From: Mobula birostris
Taxonomy: Eukaryota
Direction: 5' to 3'
Assembly (NCBI RefSeq): GCF_030028105.1
Contig: NW_027278339.1
Span: 62,001-126,000, forward strand
DNA: 64,000 nucleotides
A program made the position numbers and the translations under genes. The notes beneath the pieces were generated by a model. It did no database searches. It saw only the letters and a list, made by a program, of their open reading frames with translations, and was not told the origin of the DNA. Shown here piece by piece: positions 22,101 through 34,100 of this stretch (positions are counted from its first letter, which is position 1; every line of letters begins with the position of its first letter).

Positions 22101-25100
22101 ATCAGATCATGGAACTTTTTCTAGTTGACTTCAGATTCTCCTACATGCTTTCTGGCAAACCTAGCCAAGATTTCATGTGTGTTTTTTTCAACAGTTGTTT
22201 TCTCTTTGCCACTTGCCCATAAAACTGCGACTGGTGAAGCACCTAGGCAACAGTTGTTGTCTGCGCAGTCTCTCCCATCTCAGCCACTGAAGCTTGTAAC
22301 TCCTCCAGAGTTGTCATAGGTCACTTGGTGGCCTCCCTCACTAGTCCCCTTCTTGCATGGTCACTTAGATTTTGAGGATGACCTGCTCCAGGCAGATTTA
22401 CAGCTGTGCCATATTTCCATTTCTTGATGATTAATTTTATTGTACTCCAAGTGATATTCAGTAACTTGGAATCTTTTGTCTTCATGGTGTAGTTTTTGCC
22501 AGAATACTGACTCATCAGCAGTTGGACCTTCTAGATACAGGTGTATTTTTACTACTGTCAATTGAAACATCTTGACTGCACACAATGATCACCATTTAAC
22601 TAATTATGCATTTTCTAAAATCAGTTGGCTGCACCAGTGATAATTTGGTGTGTTATTATTGTAATTAATTTAGATCACTTTGTAGAGCTCTGTTTTCACT
22701 TTGATACGAAAGATCTTTTTCTGTTGATCAGTGTAAAAAAAAAAGCCAAACTAAATCCACTGTGATTCAATGTTGTAAAATAAAACATGAAAACTTCCAA
22801 GTTGGGAGAGGGCGTGAATACTTTTTATAGGCACTGTAAGACATGAAAAGAAGCGGTCCGAACTCCAGTTCCTGCAGAACACCACTAGTCACCAGCAGCC
22901 AACAGAAAAGGCCACCTTTATTCCCACTCTTTGCCTTCTGTCAGTCAGCCAATCTTCTATTCATGCTAGTATCTTTCCTGTAATACCAGGAGCTGTTATC
23001 TTGTTAAGTAGCCTCATATGCAGTACTTTATCAAAAGCCTTCTGAAAGTCTTAATTAAACAACATCCACTGGCTGTCCTTTGTCTATACTGCCAGTTATT
23101 TCCTCAAAGATTTCCAACAGATTTGTCAGGTAAGATTTCCCCTCAAGGAAGCCATGCTGATTTTGGTCTATTTTATCATGTGCCTCCAAGTACCCTGAAA
23201 CCTCATCCTTAATAATCAACTCTAACATCTTCCCAACCACTGAAGTCAGGTTAACTGGCCTATAAATTATAATTTACTTTCTTCTGCCTCCCTCTTAAAG
23301 AGTGGAGTGACATCCGCAATTTTCCAGTCCTCTGGAACCATTCCAGAATCTAGTGGTTCTTGAAAGATCATTACAAATGCCTCCTCAATCTCTTCAGCCG
23401 CCTCTTTCAGAACCCTGAGGTGTAGTTCATCTGGTCCAGGTGACTTATCTACCTTCAGACCTTTCAGTTTCCCAAATACCTTCTCCTTAGTAATAGCAAC
23501 AACACTCACTGCTGCCCGCTGACACACTCAAATTTCTGGTATTCTGCTAGTGCCTTTCACAGTGAAGACTGATGCAAAATACTTATTAAGTTCCTCCTCT
23601 AGTTCTTTGCCCCTCCCCCAATTACTACCTCTCCAGTTCATTTTCCTGTGGTCAGATATTCACTCCTACCTGCCTTTTACTCTTTATATATTTGAGAACC
23701 AATTTTGGATTATTGACTAGCTTCCCTTCATATTTCATCTTTTCTCCCATCATGGTTTTTTAGTTGCCTTCTGATGGTTTTTAAAACCTTCGCAATCCTC
23801 TAACTTCCCCCTAATTTTTGCTATATCATATGCTCTCTCCTTTGCTTTTATTCTCTCTCTGACTTCCCTTGTCAGACACATCTGCCCTTTAGAATACTTC
23901 TTCATCCTTGGGATGTGTCTGTCCTGTGCCTTCCAAATTGTCCCCAGAAACTACAGCCATTGTTGTTTTGCTGTTATCCCTGCTAGTGTCCCCTTCCAAT
24001 CAACTATGTCCAGCCCCTTCTAATGCCCCTGTAATTCCCTTTACTCCACTGTAATACTGATACATATTTTCTCCATTTCAGGGTGCAGGGTGAATTCTAT
24101 CATATTGTGATCACTGCCTCCTAAGGGTTCCTCTACCACAGGGGTTCCCAACCTATGGGTTCCTTTGCTTAATGGTATTGGTCCATCATTATAAAAAAAG
24201 GTTGGGAACCTTAAGCTGTCTAATCAAATCTCGTTCATTACACAACACCCAATCCAGAATTGCCCTAGTGGGCTCAGCCACAAGCTGCTCTAAAAAGCCA
24301 TCTGGCAGGTGTTCTGCAAATTCTCTCCCTTGGGATCCAGCACCAACCTGATTTTCACAGTCTACCTACGTATTGAAATCCCCTATGACTATCGTACATG
24401 CCTTTTCTGTCTCCCTTTATATCCCACAGGGAAGGAGTAATCACTCTTGGGACTATTTTATAGATCTCCCCAGTAGCAACAGATTAACAGATGGGAGGCA
24501 GATTTTGGAACTGCAAAAATAGAAGGCTTGTTGTCATGGTTGACTTCAAATTCCCTAATGCTGATTAGCACCCCTTTTGTGCAAAAGGTTTAGATGGGGC
24601 AGAATGTATTAAGTCTGTCCAGGAAGGATTTCTGACACAATATGTGGACAGGCCAAGAAGAGGAGAGGCCATACTAGATCTAGTACTAGGCAATGAATCT
24701 GGTCAAGATGATAGATTTTGGTGGGTGAGCATTACAGAGATGGTGATCACAGCTCCTACCCTTACCATGGCATTGGATGGGAATAGGAGCAGACAGTATG
24801 GAAAAATATTTCATTGGGGAGGGCGAATTATGATGTTATTAGGCAGGAACTTGGGAGCGTAAATTGGGAACAGATTTACCCAGGAAAATGCAAAATAGAA
24901 ATGTGAACGTGGCTTAGAGAGCACATGCAGGGGGCTCTGCATATTCTTGTCTCATTGAGGCAGGGAAAGGATGGTAGAGTAATGCATGTTGACAAGAGAA
25001 GTGGAACATTTAGTCAGAAGGAAGAGGTACAGGAAACAAAGATCATTCAGGGCAGGGGTAGCCAGGAAGGAACTTAAGAAGGGACAAGATAGCTAGAAAG

Positions 25101-28100
25101 GGACGGAAGGTGGCCTTGGCAAATAGGATTAGGGAAAAAACCCCAAGGAATTGTAAGTGTATGATAAGAATAGGAGGATGACTAGAGCGAGCATAGTCAG
25201 ATTATGAATAAAAGAGGGAACAGGTGCCTGGAGTTGGTGGAGGTCCTTAAAGAATACTCTGACCTGAGTCACACAGGGGTGCCCAGACCCCTCAGTTAAT
25301 AGTAAGGAGCCTCGACGAATGTGAAGACAGGCTTATATGCAGGAACATTATCAGTGTTGAGAAAGAAGATGTACTGGAACTTTAGGAAAACATTGTTAAG
25401 ATAATTTTCCAGGGTACGGTTGCAAGAAAAAGTTTATGATCCATTTGCATTTACCTGGTTTTCTGCATTAATTACTCATAAAATGTGGTCTGATCTTCAT
25501 CTAAGTCACAATAATAGACAAACACAATCTGCCTAAGCTAAAAACTTTTAACCAACAATTGTACTTTTCATGTCATTATTGTATAGATTGTTTAATCATT
25601 CACAGTCCAGCCTGGAAAAATGTGAACCTTTGTATTTAATAACTGGTAGAACCTCCTTTAGCAGCAATAACCTCCTCTAAGCGTATGCTGTAGCTGATGA
25701 TCAGACTTGTACAACAGCAAGGTTATTGCATTTGCATGTACAGCCCTCTTCAGGTCGTGCCACAGCATTTCAGTTGGGTTAAGCTCTGGACTCTGACTTG
25801 GCCATTCCAAAACATGAATTTTCTTCTTCTTAAACCATTCTGTTGTTGATTAACTCTTGTGTTTCAGATCATTGTCTTGTTGCATCATCCAACTTCTATT
25901 AAGCTTCAGGTGATGGACTGCTACCCTGACGTTCTCCTGTAAAATGTCTTGATACAATTTTGAATTCATTTTTCAATCAACGATTGCAAGTTGATCCGGC
26001 CCTGAGATAGCAAAGCAACCCCAACCCATGATGCTCCTTCCACCATGCTTCACAGTTGGGATGAGGTTTCAGTGTTGGTGTGCGCTTTTTCCTCCAAACA
26101 TGGTGGTGTGCGTTTCTGCGAAAAAGTTCAACTTCTGTCTCATCTGCCAACAGAACATTGTCCCAGGAGCATTGTGGAACATCTGGGCGGTCTTTTGCAA
26201 ACTCAGGACTTGCAGCAATGGTTTTTTTTTGGAGAGCAGTGGTTTCCTCCATGGCGGCCTTCTATGAACACCATTGTTGTTGTGTTTTTCTTATGGTGGA
26301 CACACGAACAGAGACTTAGCAAGTTCTCGAGATTTCTGCAGGTCTTTTGCTGTTAACCTTGGACCAACCATTGCTCTCGGCAAGAAATTTTTACACGGCC
26401 ATAAAACTGCACCGTACTGTAAATGTTTGTAATATGCATACTATGAATATTTCAAAAGAAAATTCAGAACTCACATATTTTTGATTTTATTTATAATTGA
26501 AGGGTATAACGATATATAGTATAACAAAGAAAATATGTCAAGTTTTGTAAGTTTCTCTCTGTCTTATTTACAATCCATTGTCTATAAACACTGTCCAGAC
26601 TAACTTTGCATCAGATGAAAGATGCATCTTAATGCTCATTAGATCATCCACATGCTCCACTTCTAGTCTATTTCTGGATTTACATTTGATTGAGTTCATA
26701 AGACTGAATCCATGTTGGTAGCCAGCATTAGAAGCATGAAATGTTCCAGTGATGTCAGCAAGAATTGGCAGTTCTTCAAATTCTTCATTGCTAAGCACAT
26801 AGTTCAACATATCTGTGGATGTCTTAATTGAACCAGTCTTAACTTTCTCAGAAACAACAGATTTGAAATCACAGTACTGCTGCGATATTTTTGAAGCAGT
26901 GCTTTTGTCGTACATGCAATACTGTGCAAAAGTCTTGGGTGCACACATAGCTGGGTGCTTAAGACATTTGCACAGTACTGTATATTGGTTAAAATAGGAA
27001 GGTGGTTGGGAAACAGAAATAAGAGTACTTAGCTTTGTATTAAATCAGTAGTATTAACTTATTTGGTATCTGAAAAGATATAATATACAGTACTGTGCAA
27101 AAGTCTTAGCCACCCTAGCTGTATATATGTACCTCTGACTTCTGCACAGTATTGTAAAAGGATATTCCAGCTGCGTAGCATTTGTGCATGGGCGCATTTC
27201 GCTTATGCGCGGCCACACACCCGCACATCTTGGAAGGATCAGTGATTCAGAGAAGCATAGTCTGATTAGGGATAGTCAGCTTGGCTTTGTGAGAGGCAGA
27301 TCATGCCTCGCAAGCCTGAATGAATTACTTGAGGAAGTGACAGAGCACGTTGAGGATGGTAGAGCAGTGGATGTTGTGTATCATGTTCCCCATAATAGGC
27401 TCATTCATAAACGATTTAGAAGGGGGACACAGTTGCACAGTGTGTATCTAAGTCTGCTGGTGACACTAAACCGAGTGGAAAAGCAAATTGTGCAGAGGAT
27501 GCAGTGAGTGTAGAATGATAGGTTAAGGTCTGGCAAATGGGGTACAATGTTGCGAGATTATCCACTTTGGAAAGAAAAATAGAGCATCAGATTGTTGTTT
27601 AAATGGTGAAAGAATACAGTATGCTTTTGTGCCGAGAGAATTGGGAGCCCTTGTGCATGAATCACAGAAGACTGGTTTGCAGATGCAAGTTTATCAAGAA
27701 GGCAAATGGAATGTTGGCCTTCATTGCCAGAGCGATTGAATTTCAGAGCTGGGGGAGTTTATTCTGCAACTCCATAGGGTACCGGTGAGGCCACATCTGG
27801 GGCACTGCACGGAGCTCTGCTCTCCTTACTAGAGGAGAGAAATGCTGGCTTTGGAGGGGTGCTGATGAGGTTCATCTGGTTGATTTTGGGAGATGAGAGA
27901 TTGAGTCACCACTTGCTGGGGGGCTATATTAGCATAGAATTTAGCACAACACGATTACACTTCGGGGTGTCGAAGTTTGGAGGTCCGTTCTGACGTCGTC
28001 TGTATGTCTTCCCTGTGGAATATGAGGAGTTTCTCCGGTTTCCTCTCACGGTCCAAAGACATACCGGTTAGAAGGCTAATTGGTCATTGTAAATTGTCCC

Positions 28101-31100
28101 ATGATTAGGCTGGGATTAAATCAGGGGTTGTCGGGCACTGTGACACGAGGGGTTAGAAGGGCCTTTTCGGCATTGTTTCTCTAAAAACAAAATAAACTTC
28201 AGAAGAATGAGAGAACACCTTATAGAGACAGAGTTGATTCTATTTGTAGGTGAGAATAGAACTAGTGAACATAACGTCAAGATGCAGCGGATTAAATTTA
28301 AGAAGAAGATGAGGAAAAACAGCTTTCACCAGATTATAGTGATTCTGGAACTCTCTGCCCAGAGAAGCTGTAGGAGCTACCTTATTATTTATAGCTAACA
28401 CACAGTTAGGTAGATTTCTACATAGGGGAATTACGGGTTATGGGGAAAAGGCAGGGAGGTGTGACCAAGTCCATGGCCAGATCAGTCATGATCTGATTGG
28501 ATGGCCTAGTAATGCTCATATTTCTTATTGTCTTCTGTGTCTGACCATGGAAGTGTGTGATAGGATGGTGGGGAGTGAGATTCGTTCTGTGTCTGTCTCC
28601 GGGAGTGTGTGATGGGACGGTCTGGAGGGAGTTTCACTCTGTCTGTCCCCGGGAGTGTGTGATGGGACGGTGTGGAGGGAGTTGCACTCTGTGTCTGACC
28701 CCGGGGGTGTGTGATGGGACGGTGTGAGGAAACGTTACCCAGTGTGAGCAGTGATGTGTCCCTGTGCCTGAGTAGATACGTTAGGGGTGGGTAATTAGTT
28801 GTGACTGAACTGACTGTGCCTCTATCCCCAGCCGCCAGTAAGGTTGGGCCAGTGAGCAGTGGGGACTCGGATAGCAGCCAGCCCGCCCGCAAACGGCGGT
28901 GGGGATCCAGTACCGTGGCCACACAGAAGAAACCCTCCATCAGCATCACCACAGAGTCCCTGAAGGTGAGGGCTGAATGCTACTGCTGACCTGGTGTCTA
29001 ATGTATGCAAACCCCTCATCTCCCCATTGCCAGTGTCACCATTCGCCCTCACCTCCTCCCTAACCCCTCCCCGCCCAACCCCTCACCTTCATTCACCCCC
29101 AGTCCTCGCGCCTTCCTCTCCCCTCACAAACACTCGCTCGCCCCCCCCCCCCCCCATTACCTTCCTCTCCCACGATGCACCCCAGTCTGTGTGCTGTGCG
29201 TCCGGGCTGGACGGGCATCTCTGACTGTGGGCTCTCTCCAGAACCTGATGCCGGAGATGAAACCGGCGCTGGGGGCCGTGCCCAGCCCGGGCCAGGAAGT
29301 GGTGGTGGAGCTGCACCCAGACGATGCCCGCATCTCCGAGGAAGAGGGCGAGAGGGCCGAGGAAAAGGGCAGCCAGGACCGGGGACTGAAGATACGGCGC
29401 ACTGTTACGCAGGTATCCATGGCCCATCTCCCCTCCCTTCTGCTGATCTTTTCCTCTCCCTCTCCCCATCTCCACTCCTTCTCATCTCCCTCACCAATGT
29501 CCACCTCCCCAAATCACCCTCATCTCCCCTTCCTTCCCCAATCTCCCCCCCTTCCCTTCTCGCCTATCCCTCAATCCCCTCCCTCATTTTCCTGCTTCCC
29601 TACTCCCTACCTCCTCCCCTGCTCTGCTGTTGACTTCTATCACCCCCCCGCCCTACCCGCCGTCTCTCTCACCTCTATCCCTAGCCCTTCCCTCTCCCCG
29701 CCTCCTTCATGGACCTTCCTCTCCCCAGGTGGTGACCGCGGAGGGTCCAGAGAACGGAAAGGATGATGATCGGGATGAGGAGGAGGAAGAGGAAGAGGAG
29801 GAGGAGGAGACACAGGCGAAGGAGCCTGAGGTGCTTCCCCCGGTGGAACCCGAGGTTCCTCCTGCCGTGGAGGTTGAGCTCAAGAAGGGTGAGTGAGCTA
29901 GGTTGGGATGTCCTGGAAATTGGGAACCTGCGGTAACACTTTGTCCTCTCTATGTCCGTGTTGTGACATGCGATCCGTCTGTGACCGCTCCATGTCCCTG
30001 TCAGGACTGTGGTCTATTAGAAAACCGATCTTCGTCCCTGCCTTGCAGTCAGACCTGTTTCTCTACCCTCAGTAACTCCGAGTGAAACAGTCGTGCGGCG
30101 TTCGATAAGCCAACAGAAGACGGGGATGTCGGTGACAATCGATGATCCAGTGCGGCCGGCGCAGAACCCCTCCCCACCCCGAGGGAAGACCAGTCTCATC
30201 GTACACATCTGTAACCTGGTGAGTTCCTGCACAAGTTCCGGTGCCATATCCGTGGGTCGGATCCACACCGGGAGCACCATGCAGTTCCCGTTTCAGTATC
30301 CGTGGGTCAGACCCACACTGCGAACGCCGTGCAGTTCTTTTTTCAGTGTGGGTCAGACTCACACCAGGAACACTGTGCTGTTCCTATTTCAGTATCCATG
30401 GGTCAGACTCACACCAGGAACACCGTGCTGTTCCTATTTCAGTATCCGTGGGTCAGACTCACACCAGGAACACCGTGCTGTTCCTATTTCAGTATCTGTG
30501 GGTCAGACCCACACTGGGAACACCGTGCTGTTCCTATTTCAGTATCTGTGGGTCAGACCCACACTGGGAACACTGTGCTGTTCCTATTTCAGTATCTGTG
30601 GGTCAGACTCACACCAGGAACACCGTGCTGTTCCTATTTCAGTATCCGTGGGTCAGACTCACACCAGGAACACCGTGCTGTTCCTATTTCAGTATCCGTG
30701 GGTCAGACTCACACCAGGAACACCGTGCTGTTCCTATTTCAGTATCTGTGGGTCAGACTCACACCAGGAACACCGTGCTGTTCCTATTTCAGTATCCGTG
30801 GGTCAGACTCACACCAGGAACACCGTGCTGTTCCTATTTCAGTATCCGTGGGTCAGACTCACACCAGGAACACCGTGCTGTTCCTATTTCAGTATCCGTG
30901 GGTCAGACTCACACCAGGAACACCGTGCTGTTCCTATTTCAGTATCCGTGGGTCAGACTCACACCAGGAACACCGTGCTGTTCCTATTTCAGTATCCGTG
31001 GGTCAGACTCACACCAGGAACACCGTGCTGTTCCTATTTCAGTATCCGTGGGTCAGACTCACACCAGGAACACCGTGCTGTTCCTATTTCAGTATCCGTG

Positions 31101-34100
31101 GGTCAGACTCACACCAGGAACACCGTGCTGTTCCTATTTCAGTATCCGTGGGTCAGACCCACACTAGGAACACTGCGCAGTTCCCGTTTCAGTATCCGTG
31201 GGTCGGACCCACACTGGGAACACCGTGCAGTTCCCGTTTCAGTATCCGTGGGTCGGACCCACACTGGGAACACCGTGCAGTTCCCGTTTCAGTTCCTGTT
31301 TCAGTATCCGTGGGTCAGACCCACACCAGGAACACCGTGCAGTTCCCGTTTCAGTATCTGTGGGTCGGACCCACACTGGGAACATCGTGCTGTTCCCGTT
31401 TCAGTATCCGTGGGTCGGACCCACACTGGGAACACCGTGCTGTTCCCGTTTCAGTATCCGTGGGTCAGACCCACACTGGGAACACCGTGCACTTCCCGTT
31501 TCAGTACCTGTGGGTCAGACCCACACTGTCAGTTCCTGTTTCAGTACCTGTGGGTCAGACCCACATTGGGAGCATTGTGCACAGTTCCCATCTCCTTATC
31601 CCTCGTTCCATATGTCAATCCCACTCTGGGTGAAAAAGCTGCTCCTCTGGCCCCCTTTAAATCTCTCCCCTCTCACCTTAAACCTGAACCCCCTGGTTCT
31701 GGACTAACCTACCCTGGGAAAAAGACTTATCTTCCATCTTAATTATACCCCACTATCAGGTCACCACTCAGCCTCCTCGGCGCCAGGGAAAACGATCCCA
31801 GCCTGTTCGATCTCTCCTTATACTTCAAGCGCTCCAGTTCCAGTAACATGCTCATGAATTTTCCCTACATCCTCTCAATTATAATGGCGGCCAGAACTGC
31901 ACACGGTGATCACAGTAGCCTGGCCAACAGCCATTGTGCTAGCTGCAGGGTGGCTGTGACGAGTCAGTCTCCTGTGTGGCAGAGATCTTCCCCTTCAGTA
32001 GCTGGTCCCTGGGGAGGGAGGGATCAGTCATTGCGCCTCACATGCACCACACACAACATTGTCGCCAGGACTCGGACACACCAGGCTGGACCCTCTTCCC
32101 CACAGGTGCGGCCGTTCACCCTGGGGCAGCTCAAGGAGCTGCTGAACCGGACTGGGACCCTGGTGGAAGAAGGATTCTGGATTGACAAGATCAAGTCACA
32201 CTGCTATGCAACGGTAAGTGGACAGAGCAGCAGCAATAATGGAACGTACAGGTAGGTGGGACGTGTGAGAGGGCAAGGCGGAAGGGTGGGGCGAAGGGAA
32301 GAGACGGAATGTGGGGGATGTGGGTGAGAGGGCAAGGTGTGAGGTGAAATGGAAAATGGAGAGTGACGGGGAGAGGGGTAGGAGGGGAGAGGCAGGGGAT
32401 TAGAGAGTGGGTAGAGGTGGGTTAGGAGGAAGAGACAGGAGTGAGAGAGAGGATATGGGGTGAAAGGGGAAACGGGAGATGGTTGAGTAAGGGGGAGAGC
32501 TGAGACAGAGAGTGAGAGGAGATATGAGAAGTGAAACAGAATGAAGGGGGTGTTGAGAGAGGCTTACAGAGAGGGAGAGAGACAGCAGGTTAGGGGGGTT
32601 TGAGATTGGATGTTGGGGAGAGACAGATGGGATTGGAGAGGAGAAGCAGAGTCAGGAGGTTTGCTGGGGGGGGTTAAAGAGAGGACAGATGTGGGGAAAG
32701 AAAGGTTGGGAGGGAGAAGGGTGGTAAGAGAGGAAGATACAGGAAGGAGAGAAGGAGACTGGGGAGGTAGGATAGTCGGTGGGGGAAGGACATGCTTGAG
32801 GGTAGGTGGCGCAGTCGGTGTGAGACACGATGGGTGGGGGAGAAAGGAACTGTGAGACAGAGATGATGCTGAGATACTGCTGCTGGTATGAGTGTGTGCA
32901 ACGATGAGACTTTGGCTTTACCTGTTTCCTTCCCTCCTCCACAGTACTCCTGCATCGAAGAGGCAATTGCCACTAGGAATTCTCTGCACGGAGTGAAGTG
33001 GCCAGCGTCAAATCCCAAATTCCTGGCGGTGGATTATGCAGAGCAGGATGAGGTGTGTATGCTTATCCGATCCTGAGCTGTCTGGTTCTGTGTCTCACCC
33101 CAGGAATGTGATGGGATGGGGTGGAGGTGGCCAGGTTGATTGTGCAGGAAGGCGAGCAGGGAGCAGGTGGGGGTGTTTGGTGGAGGAAGAAGAGGGGGTT
33201 TCATTCCATGGACGGGGACAAGCAGGACAGATGTGGAAAGGGTGAATGGGGGCCCTTGTCTCAGAACAAATGCTGGGTTGGGATCTCTTGACCCAGAATG
33301 GTGAATATCCCTGAAGCTTTGCATTAAACATAGAGCACACGGCAGCACACAACGGACCCTTCAACCCACAGTGTTGTGCACAACTCCCTACACAATGCTC
33401 ATATCCCTCCATTGCTTTCACATTCAGAATCAGAGTCAGGATTACTGTCACAGACGTATCATGAAATTTGTTATAATTTGAAGTAGCGAGTGAGGGACAG
33501 ACATTGTTGCTAGGAGTTTAAAAAGAACAGTAACAAGAATGGGGAGCACAAGTGGAGCAGGCATTGTTGGAGTGGGTCAGAGTTAAGAGTGGCAGGCTTG
33601 GGCAAGCACATGTGAAGGTTCTAAGTACCTATCCAGTGAGCTTTGTTTTTCGCTTCCTTTGTCAACTAGTCGCGTGCTGAGAACAGGTCCAGAGTATATT
33701 CTTTGTGTAAGATGTGGGAACTCTGGGAGACCTCCAGTTTCTGAGCTGCAGCTTCTTAGAGACTGTGTTAAAGTGCTGGAGCTGCAGCTCGATGACCTTC
33801 GACTTACACTGGAGAATGATGAGGTGATAGAGGGGAGCTGCAGGGAGGTAGTCACTCCCAGGGTGACTCAGGAGAGGGAAAGAGCCAGTGCAGAGCACCC
33901 CTTTGGTCATCCTGTCAATAACAAGCACACTGCTTTGTATCGCAAATACCGGTGATTGACCTACTAGGGGGAAGGCTCAGCAGTCAGGTCCCTAGTACTG
34001 AGTCAGACTCAGTGGCTCTTTAGGGAAGGAGGGAATAGGAGTAGGAGGGAGGGAAGAAGTGCAGTGTTGATAGGGGATTTCATAGTTCGAGAAGCAGCCA

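Larger units (their letters stand above)
24430..28530 (+). mobile_element. CR1 LINE (24430-25410, resuming 27236-28530) split by DNA transposons and a SINE
   Basis: [15 protein letters not shown] (endonuclease); [12 protein letters not shown]...AVDVVY (RT). Confidence 0.8.

Noticed and set aside
26568-26948. ZNF862/ZBED-like domesticated gene
   Set aside because: Only a degenerate hAT C-terminal fragment, interrupted by mini-elements and embedded in a TE nest.
30093-31742. 549-aa Cys-rich ORF or CRISPR-like array
   Set aside because: Only 30073-30218 is an ACIN1 exon; the rest is a 50-bp tandem repeat with no unique spacers, no cas genes, in a vertebrate intron.
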